DNA of 64,000 nucleotides, from assembly GCA_947624645.1 (NCBI GenBank), contig CANQLG010000004.1:7006-71005 (forward strand). The letters are read 5' to 3'. The notes below the pieces were generated by a model, which was given only the letters and a program-made list of their open reading frames with translations, ran no database searches and was not told the origin of the DNA. Origin of the DNA: Candidatus Gastranaerophilales bacterium (GTDB lineage: Bacteria; Cyanobacteriota; Vampirovibrionia; Gastranaerophilales; Gastranaerophilaceae). The translations under genes and the position numbers were made by a program. Below, one piece after another: positions 64,000 through 64,000 of the stretch (its first letter is position 1; each line of letters opens with the position of its first letter).

Positions 64000-64000
64000 G

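Overview
This is a visibly AT-rich chromosomal segment from a diderm (outer-membrane) bacterium. I cannot fix the taxon without a database search; gene content and style would fit an uncultured low-GC lineage such as Melainabacteria/Gastranaerophilales or Fusobacteria. I support about 55 protein genes and 2 tRNAs. Most of the window is housekeeping: metG (partial), rph, cysE-tyrS, leuD, hpf, ROK glucokinase, cstA, glmS, ilvA, a PcrA/UvrD-type helicase, trmFO, rpsF-ssb-rpsR, rlmN, serB, rubrerythrin and an alpha-glucan-phosphorylase-like gene. Envelope and accessory loci are interspersed: two type Va autotransporters (about 1.4k and 2.4k aa), an LptD-like protein, an M23 peptidase, a two-HKD PLD-family protein and an MFS-PlsC-acyl-ligase triple fusion. 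Five observations stand out. (1) Three homopolymeric G9/C9 tracts, all exactly 9 nt, sit at the 5' ends of both autotransporter genes and inside a membrane-anchored SGNH-type gene downstream of glmS; this looks like a set of slipped-strand phase-variable surface loci. (2) A decayed prophage/island lies at tRNA-Arg(CCU), with a duplicated 28-bp att core, an integrase pseudogene, an N-terminally truncated MuF(SPP1 gp7)-ADP-ribosyltransferase toxin fusion, an opposite-strand HTH plus small-protein cassette, and a scaffold-protein fragment. (3) A 143-bp x3 tandem, internally hairpinned repeat block bounded by 28-bp inverted repeats lies between ilvA and the helicase, with a compensatory base-pair change between copies. 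(4) A same-strand cluster encodes a TadZ/CpaE-like pseudo-receiver ATPase, a Walker-A-less CpaF/TadA-like remnant, a NarL-type response regulator and a soluble histidine kinase, with no pilus structural genes nearby. (5) The glucan-phosphorylase homologue has Ser in place of the PLP-binding Lys. All functional calls come from motif recognition by eye; no searches or computations were run.
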